Below are positions 8,229-15,840 of a stretch of DNA of 59,183 bases, one piece after another. This stretch comes from an uncultured Spirochaetaceae bacterium (GTDB taxonomy: Bacteria; Spirochaetota; Spirochaetia; DSM-27196; PWMO01), in contig CAYPTH010000003.1 of the NCBI GenBank assembly GCA_964413635.1, positions 5,203 to 64,385 on the forward strand, in the 5' to 3' direction. Made by a program: the position numbers and the translations under genes. The first letter of the stretch is position 1. The number at the start of each line of letters is the position of its first letter. The notes beneath the pieces were generated by a model, which saw only the letters and a program-made list of their open reading frames with translations, made no database searches and was not told where the DNA came from.

Positions 8229-8597
8229 ATGAACGCGAAGCTCAGCCATCACGACCGTTCCGTTGCTCACTTCCTCTTTCCAATCCTTGTCTGGATCGAA
8301 AGCGTTTGGGTTTTTTTTGGAACCCTGTCATTCATAGCAGCCATTTTCTACGTTCTCGGGAACGTGCAGGAGTTCACGGTCTCCACACTGAACCTTTTGG
8401 TCTCGCTCGGTCGTGTTTCCGGGCTACTCTGTGCAGTATTCGCCTTGGCCTACATTGTCATGGGCATGGTCTTCCGCATCGGGGGCGGACCGCGTCGTTT
8501 CGGCAATCTGATGCTGTCGGCGATAGTCCTCCTCCTTGCGCTGTTCGTGTCTCTTTTCGGCTTCGCAATTGACACCCTGGCTCAGCCGGTCGGCTAA
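8229..8597 (+). CDS. small integral membrane protein (about 4 hydrophobic helices)
   Basis: Sequence MNAKLSHHDRSVAHFLFPILVWIESVWVFFGTLSFIAAIFYVL...LLLALFVSLFGFAI. The track ORF from 7806 overlaps the divergent gene and crosses the intergenic region. In-frame ATGs lie at 8196 and 8229. Confidence 0.5.
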   Translation: MNAKLSHHDRSVAHFLFPILVWIESVWVFFGTLSFIAAIFYVLGNVQEFTVSTLNLLVSLGRVSGLLCAVFALAYIVMGMVFRIGGGPRRFGNLMLSAIVLLLALFVSLFGFAIDTLAQPVG

Positions 8598-8607
8598 GGA
8601 TCACTCC

Positions 8608-8979
8608 ATGGTATACGCAGTTCGCGGCGCGATTGGCGTCGATCACAACAGCAATCGTGAGATGTGCCACGCAATCCAACGCTTGGTCTCCGATCTCTGC
8701 CAAGAGAACTCCGTACAAGTAGACGATATTGTGAGCATCATCTTCTCACAAACTCGCGATCTAACGACCGGAAACCCCGCCGCCTGCCTGCGGGAAGTCG
8801 GATACGCAGAGACAGCACTCTTCTGTACGCAAGAGCCGGAGTATCCGGACGCACTTCCGCAGATCCTTCGGGTGCTGCTTACCTTCCGGGCAGACGGAAG
8901 GGTCTCTCCGCGGCCCGTGTATCTCGGACGCGCCGCTGCGCTGAGACCGGATCTTCGGGAGCACGACCATCATGATTGA
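8608..8979 (+). CDS. aroH: chorismate mutase, AroH class
   Basis: Segments MVYAVRGAIGV..., DDIVSIIFSQTRDLTTGNPAACLRE, ...ILRVLL... and PVYLGRAAALRPDL align by eye block-for-block with B. subtilis AroH. SD AAGGA lies at 8596-8600. Confidence 0.85.
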   Translation: MVYAVRGAIGVDHNSNREMCHAIQRLVSDLCQENSVQVDDIVSIIFSQTRDLTTGNPAACLREVGYAETALFCTQEPEYPDALPQILRVLLTFRADGRVSPRPVYLGRAAALRPDLREHDHHD

Positions 8980-9790
8980 CCTCAGTGACAAACACGACGC
9001 CGAGCCGTGCTTGAAAACGAAAGCGGAGATTGCACGACTCCGCCACGTAGGCGAGCGGCTGCTGCGCATTGTCTTTGAAGCTGCGACCTACCTGCACCCC
9101 GGGGGCAGCACACGTGATGCGGTGCCCGCAGTTGAGAACGGCCTCAGCCGCTTGAGGGCCGAATCGCTGGCGGAGTTGACCTCTTTTCCTGCTATCCTCT
9201 GCGCCTCTCGAAACAACGTAGCTGCCCACGGTCTCCCGGATGACACAATCATGGACCAGGGAGACATTGTTACCCTGGATCTCGCCGCACGCATAGACGG
9301 CTGGTGTGGGGACGTTGCGTGGACCTTCCCGATCGGCTCGCCGGATCCCGCTCAGGAAGGGCCCCGGCTCCTACAAGCGGGGTGGGACGCATGCATGGCC
9401 GGCGTCCAGGAGTGCAGACCTGGCAGACGCGTTGGAGACATTGCTTCCGCCATGACCAAGGCAGCGGCAAAGCACGGCTTTCAGGTTATTCCAGACTTCG
9501 CCGGGCACGGGATCGGAAAAGCGCTGCACGAGGCGCCCGCCATTACCCCGGGCGGCTTGCCGGGAATGGGAGCGCGGCTCGTGCCGGGAATGGTCGTTAC
9601 CATTGAGCCCGTCGTCGTTGCCGGCAGTGCAGAGGTGGACGTACTCAATGACGGGTGGACCTACGTTACCGCCGACGGATCCCTCGCCGCGCAATTCGAA
9701 GTAATGGTCTACGTCCACCGCGACGGCTTTGAGGTTATCTCCTATCCCCACGAGTGGGGTCCCATTGCTGAGGCACTTACATCGTCTTGA
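8972..9790 (+). CDS. map: type I methionine aminopeptidase
   Basis: Motifs AAHGLPDD, GDIVTLDLAARIDGWCGDVAWTF, HGIGKALHE and TIEPV. It overlaps aroH by 8 nt. Confidence 0.9.
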   Translation: MIDLSDKHDAEPCLKTKAEIARLRHVGERLLRIVFEAATYLHPGGSTRDAVPAVENGLSRLRAESLAELTSFPAILCASRNNVAAHGLPDDTIMDQGDIVTLDLAARIDGWCGDVAWTFPIGSPDPAQEGPRLLQAGWDACMAGVQECRPGRRVGDIASAMTKAAAKHGFQVIPDFAGHGIGKALHEAPAITPGGLPGMGARLVPGMVVTIEPVVVAGSAEVDVLNDGWTYVTADGSLAAQFEVMVYVHRDGFEVISYPHEWGPIAEALTSS

Positions 9791-9829
9791 CAAGGGGACG
9801 TGTTCTCCGTAGATTACGGCAAATCACAC

Positions 9830-9903
9830 GCCATCTTAGCTCAGCTGGTCAGAGCACGTGACTTGTAATCTCGGGGTCGTCGGTTCGAATCCGACAGATG
9901 GCT
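9830..9903 (+). tRNA. tRNA-Thr (anticodon UGU)
   Basis: Hand-folded cloverleaf. Acceptor is gccatct/agatggc, D stem gctc/gagc, anticodon loop cTTGTAa, and T arm gtcgg-ttcgaat-ccgac. There is one U-U mismatch in the anticodon stem, and no encoded CCA. Confidence 0.9.
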
Positions 9904-9951
9904 GGATGGCTTGACCACAAGCCACTACGCTGATACGGTCACTATCCAATT

Positions 9952-10033
9952 GGGGAGTTTCCCGAGCGGTCAAAGGGGGCAGACTGTAAATCTGTTGGCT
10001 CAGCCTTCGAAGGTTCGAATCCTTCACTCCCCA
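9952..10033 (+). tRNA. tRNA-Tyr (anticodon GUA), class II with long variable arm
   Basis: Acceptor is ggggagt/actcccc, anticodon loop ctGTAaa, with a 13-nt variable arm and T arm gaagg-ttcgaat-ccttc. Length is 82 nt, with no encoded CCA. Confidence 0.9.
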
Positions 10034-10037
10034 CTCT

Positions 10038-10065
10038 CCGAGCGGAGGCAGTGTCCTCCGCTTGG
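10038..10065 (+). other. 11-bp stem-loop immediately 3' of tRNA-Tyr (processing or termination element, no U-tract)
   Basis: Sequence ccgagcggagg-cagtgt-cctccgcttgg, with one G-U pair. Confidence 0.4.
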
Positions 10066-10110
10066 CTCACCAGATGCCGGGTCTCCTTGCTATTCGCGCT
10101 CGGATCTCGC

Positions 10111-10575
10111 ATGACGAAACGCAAGCCTTTCTACCAAGACGGATTACAATTCTCCTGCACTCGCTGTTCCATGTGTTGCCGCTTCGATCCCGGATACGTC
10201 TTTCTCTCTGAGGAAGACGTGATGTCGCTCACGCGACGTCTCGATATCTCCCGCGATGAATTCGAAGCGACCTACTGCCGACAGGTCGAAATGGATGGTT
10301 CGTACCGGCTCAGCCTTACCGAACAGGCAAACAACGACTGTATCTTTTGGAAGGACGGCGGTTGTTCAGTCTACGAGGACCGCCCCCTCCAGTGCCGGAG
10401 CTTCCCGTTCTGGCCGAGCTACCTCTTTTCGGAGTACACTTGGAAGTCGGTGCGTCGAATCTGCCCCGGCGTCGGCCTAGGCAAGACCCACGAGGCGCAA
10501 GAGATTGAGGAGTGGCTCCGCGCGCCGGGGCAACACTCTTACATCCGAACGCCGAAGGCGGGAAGCGGCACATGA
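10111..10575 (+). CDS. YkgJ-family cysteine-cluster protein (CxxCxxCC putative Zn/Fe-chelating domain)
   Basis: Sequence FSCTRCSMCCRFDPGYVFLSEED, with further Cys at ...NDCIFWKDGGCSVYEDRPLQCRSFPFWP. The first ATG after the tRNA hairpin is at 10111. Confidence 0.7.
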   Translation: MTKRKPFYQDGLQFSCTRCSMCCRFDPGYVFLSEEDVMSLTRRLDISRDEFEATYCRQVEMDGSYRLSLTEQANNDCIFWKDGGCSVYEDRPLQCRSFPFWPSYLFSEYTWKSVRRICPGVGLGKTHEAQEIEEWLRAPGQHSYIRTPKAGSGT

Positions 10576-11519
10576 CCATTCGTATCTGGGGCGCCCGCGG
10601 CTCGCATCCAACGCCACTGCGGCCGGAAGAGGTGCAGAGCAAGATCGCCAGCGTCGTCCAACGAATCCGACCAAGCGACATTGAGTCTCCGGACGCCCGC
10701 GAACGCTTTCTTTCGCGGCTCCCTGCGTGGCTATTCAGACCCCCCGGCGGCAACACCGCCTGCATCGAGGTGAGCCTCTCCGACGGGACTACAATCGTCA
10801 TTGATGCAGGAAGCGGCATTGTTCCCTATGCGGCCGAGCTCCAGCGGCGGATTGATAGAGAGATCCGTGAATTTCATCTGTTTTTTACCCACTTCCACTA
10901 CGACCATCTCCAGGGACTGCCCTTTTTCGGACCCGCCTACAACCCGAACTGCAGCATTCACTTCTACAGTCCCATGCCGGACTTCGAAGAAACGGTCCGC
11001 AACCAGATGCGCCATCCCTACTTTCCCATTACCATGGAGGAACGCATGCGCGGCGTACTGCTTTTTCACGTGCTGAAATCGCAGCCGGTGCGGATTGGCG
11101 ACGCCGACATCTACTGGCGCCCCCTCAATCACCCGGGAGGAGCCTTTGGATACCGGATTGAGGACAATGGAAAAGCCTTCGTTCACACCTCAGATGTCGA
11201 GCTCCAGGAGGCGGACTTCGAGAAGACCGATGAGAATACGCGCTTCTTTCAGGACGCGGACATGCTCATTCTGGATACGCAGTACACGTTGGGAGAGGCC
11301 ATTGAAAAGTACAACTGGGGCCATTCCTCCTTTAGCCTCGGTGTCGACTTTGCGAATGCCTGGAATGTGAAACAATTGTATATGTTTCACCACGAACCGC
11401 GATATAGTGATAAGCGCTTATACAAGAATCTCCAGTCTGCGCGGTGGTACGCACACCGCTTGGGGAATCACGAGCTGGAAGTATACCTGTCCGAAGAGGG
11501 CACGGAGGTCGAGCTCTAG
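10572..11519 (+). CDS. MBL-fold metallo-hydrolase
   Basis: Motifs FFTHFHYDHLQGLPFF (HxHxDH), later HPGGAFGY and HTSD. The ATG at 10572 overlaps the upstream stop (ATGA). Confidence 0.8.
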   Translation: MTIRIWGARGSHPTPLRPEEVQSKIASVVQRIRPSDIESPDARERFLSRLPAWLFRPPGGNTACIEVSLSDGTTIVIDAGSGIVPYAAELQRRIDREIREFHLFFTHFHYDHLQGLPFFGPAYNPNCSIHFYSPMPDFEETVRNQMRHPYFPITMEERMRGVLLFHVLKSQPVRIGDADIYWRPLNHPGGAFGYRIEDNGKAFVHTSDVELQEADFEKTDENTRFFQDADMLILDTQYTLGEAIEKYNWGHSSFSLGVDFANAWNVKQLYMFHHEPRYSDKRLYKNLQSARWYAHRLGNHELEVYLSEEGTEVEL

Positions 11520-11537
11520 AACCCGGCACTGCGAGCT

Positions 11538-11732
11538 ATGAAGGATGATCTCGAATTCAATTTGCGAGGAAAAGAATTGATAGGTCTCTATCTGCTCTTG
11601 AGCGAGTACGAAGACTCCTTGGATCCCCTCCTGCAGCGCCTTCGCGAGCGCCTGGAGGATCGGCTGTACCAAGCACTCTCTATCGAAGAGATGGAGCGCA
11701 TTGATACACTTTACACCGATCAGACACTGTAA
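11538..11732 (+). CDS. small acidic helical hypothetical protein (64 aa)
   Basis: This ORF fills the gap between the MBL gene and the giant OmpA-family gene. Its composition is coding-like. No homology recognised. Confidence 0.4.
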   Translation: MKDDLEFNLRGKELIGLYLLLSEYEDSLDPLLQRLRERLEDRLYQALSIEEMERIDTLYTDQTL

Positions 11733-11745
11733 GGAATACACTGTG

Positions 11746-14700
11746 ATGCATTATTTGTTTCGTTCGCCCGGCACTCGTTTTCTGGCCGCAACACTCCTCG
11801 TTTTCGTGGCCGCAGTCGGCGGATTGGCGGCCCAGGAGGCCCCGGCCGGTGCCGAGGACAGCATTCGGCTCTTGGATGCGACGCTTGTCCCCGCCCCGAA
11901 TGCTCTTGCAAACACCCACGCCCCCAGTGTCACGCGCCTCAATCCTGCGCTGGGCGCCTTGGAAGAGGATCTCATTCTGGGCGGCTCCTACGTTGGCGCC
12001 TTCACCTCGTCATGGGCCCAAACGGGACACAGTGCAGTCATTAGCGCTATTCTTCCCACGCGCTACGCCACCTTTGCGACGAGCACATCGTTTCTCCGTC
12101 TGAATACGGCGGCTCTGAACCTCGGGACCACCGTGTCCACACACGCCTCGGTTTCAAAGCCCTTGGGTCCTCACTTCACGGCAGGCTTCGGCCTCGATGT
12201 GGCACTCGGCGGCAGCGGCAGCAATTTTGATGTTGGAATCGCGACGTCCTACGGAGTGTTCCACCGCGTTCCGCGCCTCTGGTCGTTGCAGAACTTTCGG
12301 TGGGGTCTTTCCCTTACCGGCGTCGGTCTCCCGTACAATCCGGTTCGAGCTGCAGGGGGCGTACCGGCGGCCTTCACGCCTCGTTTCGAGCTGGCCACCG
12401 ATGTTCTGAACACCGAAAACCTACGAATCGGCGTCGATACCGGCGTCTCAGTTCCCCGCTTCCAAAGCGCCACGCTTAATCTGGGAGTGTCCCTCGGCTT
12501 GGGCGACCGCGTCGCCGGCAGGCTCGGTTCGAGCATTGACTTTGGCGCCGCGCCGGGTGCGGAAGGAAGTGCTCAGCGCGGCTATTTCGGGGGAAGCGTG
12601 ACCCTTACCTTTGGTCCCTCTGGAGACCAGGAGACCACCCGTTCCCGACCCGCCAGTATGACCAGTGGTTCTCGGCTGTACGACAGTTGGCTTGTGGGCA
12701 CCAGCTTTCGCTCCGGCCTCGGAACCCTGGATTCGGAACCACCCCAGACTGAGATTCCGCTTTCAGAGCCGGTTATCCTCTCGCCGAACAACGACGGCAT
12801 CCAGGACCGGATCGAAGTCCCTCTCAATATATCGGATAATCGCTTCCTACAGAGCTACCGCCTCACCGTCGAAGCGGAGGACGGCAGCGTCGTGCGAACC
12901 ATCACCAATCCCGAGTACCGCGAAGAGACCCGGGGAGAGGAGTCGGTCTGGCAGCGGCTCACCGCAGTCGAGGCGGGGATCCCCGCGCCCGACTCGCTCA
13001 CCTGGGACGGTACCACCGATACAGGAGAGGCCGTCGAAGACGGTCTGTACGCCATTACCGTCACCGCAACAGACAGCCGCGGCAACACCAGCACCAGTGC
13101 ACCGCTTCCGGTCCAGATCGATGTCACCGAACCCACGGCTACTCTTTCCGCAGATACTGCCGCGACGGCCGAGACCATCGATTTCGGTGGAGAAGGCGCG
13201 GGTCCGTCCGACGATGACGGTCAACGTGAGCTCATATTCTCTCCAAACGGGGACGGCAACAAGGACGTTCTCGTCATCTCCCAAAAGGCCACTGCCGAAA
13301 GGCAGTGGGATGCGAGAATGGTGAACGATTCGGGGGAGACCGTACGCACCTGGAGGTGGTCCGGGACTCCTCCTGAAAAAGTTGCGTGGGACGGCACCGA
13401 CGATAGCGGGACTCTCGTGCCGGACGGCGTTTTCACCTACATACTCACCGCAACCGATCCGGCCGGCAACTCCGCGCGCGCCTCGATTGGCAATATTATC
13501 AAGAGTGTCCGGCCCACACCGGTGGGCATTGCAATTGACCGGTCGGCATTCTCCCCGAATGGCGACGGCAACGCCGACTTCCTGCGCATGTTTGTGGACG
13601 TACCGACGGCCGAAGGCGCCCGCGAGTGGACGGTGCGGATACGTAGCGTCGCCAACCCGCAGGACAGCTTCATCTTCGCCGAGGGCGCGGGAGTCCCTCC
13701 GTCGAAACTCGACTTCGCAGGACGAGATGCAAGCGGCGGCACCCGGATAGAGGATGGGCGCTACATAGCGGACCTCGTGGTCTTATACCGCAACGGTAAT
13801 CAACCGGAAGCCTCGTCTCCCGAGTTCCTCGTCGACACCGTGGCGCCCGAAACGGCGGTCTCGGCCACCCATACGGTCTTTTCGCCGGACGGTGACGGCA
13901 ACCGCGATGTCGTAACGTTCTTTCATGAGGCGACGACGGAGGAAGCCTGGCGGGCGAAGCTCCGCACTGCCGACGGCGAAGTTTTGCGCGAATACTCGTG
14001 GCAGAGCTCACCCGATCCGACCCTCGTTTGGGACGGCACGACTGTTAGCGGTAGCCTGGCACCCGACGGCACCTACACCTACACCCTGACCGGTGTCGAC
14101 CGAGCCGGCAACGTCGGCACCTCAGATCCAGTGACCGTGCGTCTCGACACCGGCGAAACCGGGGTCGTTCTCTCCGCAGGGGAGAAAGCGTTCTCACCCA
14201 ATGCAGACGGCGTGCAGGACAACGTCGTGCTCTTTCCCCGGGTCCGGCGGCCCGAGTCGGTGGAGCGCTACACCGCAGTGGTGCGCTCCGACGGAGAAGA
14301 GATTCGTCGCTACACCGGCACTCAGGTCCCCTCGGAGCTGTCTTGGGACGGATTCGACGCAAACGGGAACCGTGTTCCCGACGGAACGTACAGCCTCGAC
14401 CTGTCCGTGCGATACGAGAACGGAAGTGAGGAAGAAGCATCAATAGGCGGCATAGCAGTCGATACAACACCGCCAAGTGCCGAGATATCTGCGGAGTACC
14501 GGCTCTTCTCTCCAAACGGAGACAGCCGGAAGGATTCGCTCTCTATACAGCAGAGTGGAAGCTCTGAAGCGCTCTGGGAGGGAGAGATTGTTGACTCGGA
14601 GGGCGAGCCCGTCCGCTCCTTTTTCTGGAAAGACGGTCTGGCCGACTTCAGCTGGGACGGCACTGATGGCGCTGGAAACGTTGTAGCCGACGGAGCCTAC

Positions 14701-15819
14701 ACCTATCGGGTCCACGCCCAAGACGCCGCGGGAAACGCCACCGCCCGCGAGCTCAGCGGCCTTCGCGTCGATACGACCGAAACCGAGGTTTTCGTCACGG
14801 TCACGAATCAAGCTATCTCACCGAACGGTGATGACTACCGGGACCAGACCTCCATCCGAAACTACGTCAGCGTGGTGAACGGGGTCGAACGGTGGCGGCT
14901 GGAAATTCAGGACGAGTCCGGCACGACGGTACAATCCTTCACCGGGTCGGACGTGGAAGCTCGATTCGACCGCAACTGGAGTGGTGACGGGGAAGCGGGC
15001 GCGGTCCCCGACGGCGTCTACACGCCGGTTCTCACGGTGTGGTACGCCAAGGGCGACCGTCCATCGGCTACCGGGCCGGAAATCGTTATCGACCGAAGCG
15101 CTCCCGAGCTTTCCGTGGACCTGTCACCCGTCCCGTTCTCACCGGACAACGACGGAGTCGACGACGAGCTGTCGATCAAGCTATCGGTGGAGGATCGAAG
15201 CGAGATTGCCCGCTGGCGTTTCCGAATCCTCGACCGCACCGGCCAGTATTTCAACCAGTTTACCGGGACCAGCATGCCTTCGGGCCGGCTGACGTGGAAC
15301 GGTCGCGCCGCCGACGGGGAGCTCGTGATCTCGGCGGAGGACTACCCCTACGAGTTCGAGGTAACCGACGCCCTTGGCAATACCGCCGTAACGGAGGGAA
15401 AGATTCCCGTCGACATCCTCGTGGTCCGCGACGGTGACCGTCTCAAGGTGCAGATAGCAAATATCACCTTCGCGCCGAATAGCGCGGAGCTGATTACCGA
15501 TCAGTTTACCGAACGCGGAGCCAAGAACCGAGCAATCATCACTCGGCTTGCGGAGGTCTTTACAAAATATGACACCTACGACATTCGGGTTGAGGGTCAT
15601 GCGGTGAACGTCACCGGAACGGAACGAGAGGAGCGTGAAGAGCTACAGCCGCTGTCCGAGGCGCGAGCGCAGTCGGTTCGTCAAGTGCTCATAGACGAAG
15701 GGATCAATCCTCGGCGCCTCTCCGTAGCGGGACGCGGAGGCACTGAGCCGGTTGTGCCTCATACGGATCTGGATAACAGATGGAAAAACAGAAGGGTTGA
15801 ATTCGTGCTTGTTCGATAA
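11746..15819 (+). CDS. giant secreted OmpA-family protein: signal peptide, beta-rich N-terminal domain, 8 FlgD-Ig-like modules and a C-terminal OmpA_C peptidoglycan-binding domain
   Basis: ATG at 11746 is preceded by AAGGA, and the track start at 11701 is TTG. Signal peptide is FLAATLLVFVAAVGGLAAQE. Eight modules carry FSPNGDGxxD ... WDGxDxxGxxVPDGxY ... DxAGN. The C-terminus NITFAPNSAEL...RVEGHA...PLSEARAQSV...NRRVEFVLV is a classic OmpA_C. Confidence 0.85.
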   Translation: MHYLFRSPGTRFLAATLLVFVAAVGGLAAQEAPAGAEDSIRLLDATLVPAPNALANTHAPSVTRLNPALGALEEDLILGGSYVGAFTSSWAQTGHSAVISAILPTRYATFATSTSFLRLNTAALNLGTTVSTHASVSKPLGPHFTAGFGLDVALGGSGSNFDVGIATSYGVFHRVPRLWSLQNFRWGLSLTGVGLPYNPVRAAGGVPAAFTPRFELATDVLNTENLRIGVDTGVSVPRFQSATLNLGVSLGLGDRVAGRLGSSIDFGAAPGAEGSAQRGYFGGSVTLTFGPSGDQETTRSRPASMTSGSRLYDSWLVGTSFRSGLGTLDSEPPQTEIPLSEPVILSPNNDGIQDRIEVPLNISDNRFLQSYRLTVEAEDGSVVRTITNPEYREETRGEESVWQRLTAVEAGIPAPDSLTWDGTTDTGEAVEDGLYAITVTATDSRGNTSTSAPLPVQIDVTEPTATLSADTAATAETIDFGGEGAGPSDDDGQRELIFSPNGDGNKDVLVISQKATAERQWDARMVNDSGETVRTWRWSGTPPEKVAWDGTDDSGTLVPDGVFTYILTATDPAGNSARASIGNIIKSVRPTPVGIAIDRSAFSPNGDGNADFLRMFVDVPTAEGAREWTVRIRSVANPQDSFIFAEGAGVPPSKLDFAGRDASGGTRIEDGRYIADLVVLYRNGNQPEASSPEFLVDTVAPETAVSATHTVFSPDGDGNRDVVTFFHEATTEEAWRAKLRTADGEVLREYSWQSSPDPTLVWDGTTVSGSLAPDGTYTYTLTGVDRAGNVGTSDPVTVRLDTGETGVVLSAGEKAFSPNADGVQDNVVLFPRVRRPESVERYTAVVRSDGEEIRRYTGTQVPSELSWDGFDANGNRVPDGTYSLDLSVRYENGSEEEASIGGIAVDTTPPSAEISAEYRLFSPNGDSRKDSLSIQQSGSSEALWEGEIVDSEGEPVRSFFWKDGLADFSWDGTDGAGNVVADGAYTYRVHAQDAAGNATARELSGLRVDTTETEVFVTVTNQAISPNGDDYRDQTSIRNYVSVVNGVERWRLEIQDESGTTVQSFTGSDVEARFDRNWSGDGEAGAVPDGVYTPVLTVWYAKGDRPSATGPEIVIDRSAPELSVDLSPVPFSPDNDGVDDELSIKLSVEDRSEIARWRFRILDRTGQYFNQFTGTSMPSGRLTWNGRAADGELVISAEDYPYEFEVTDALGNTAVTEGKIPVDILVVRDGDRLKVQIANITFAPNSAELITDQFTERGAKNRAIITRLAEVFTKYDTYDIRVEGHAVNVTGTEREEREELQPLSEARAQSVRQVLIDEGINPRRLSVAGRGGTEPVVPHTDLDNRWKNRRVEFVLVR
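12760..15420 (+). repeat. eight tandem in-frame protein-coding modules (about 104-152 aa each) inside the OmpA-family gene
   Basis: (F/I)SP(N/D)xD motifs start near 12781, 13237, 13549, 13879, 14191, 14505, 14815 and 15137. Spacing is about 310-330 nt, and the first is 456 nt. The repeats are diverged at DNA level. Confidence 0.85.
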
Positions 15820-15840
15820 GTACATTCGGGGAACCCGAAC

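Noticed and set aside
12760-15420. Tandem repeats in the giant gene, considered as a mobile element, recent duplication, CRISPR-like array or DGR target
   Set aside because: The repeats are in-frame protein modules of about 310-330 nt, diverged at DNA level, with conserved structural residues only. No reverse transcriptase, template repeat, transposase or spacer-like unique segments are present in the window.
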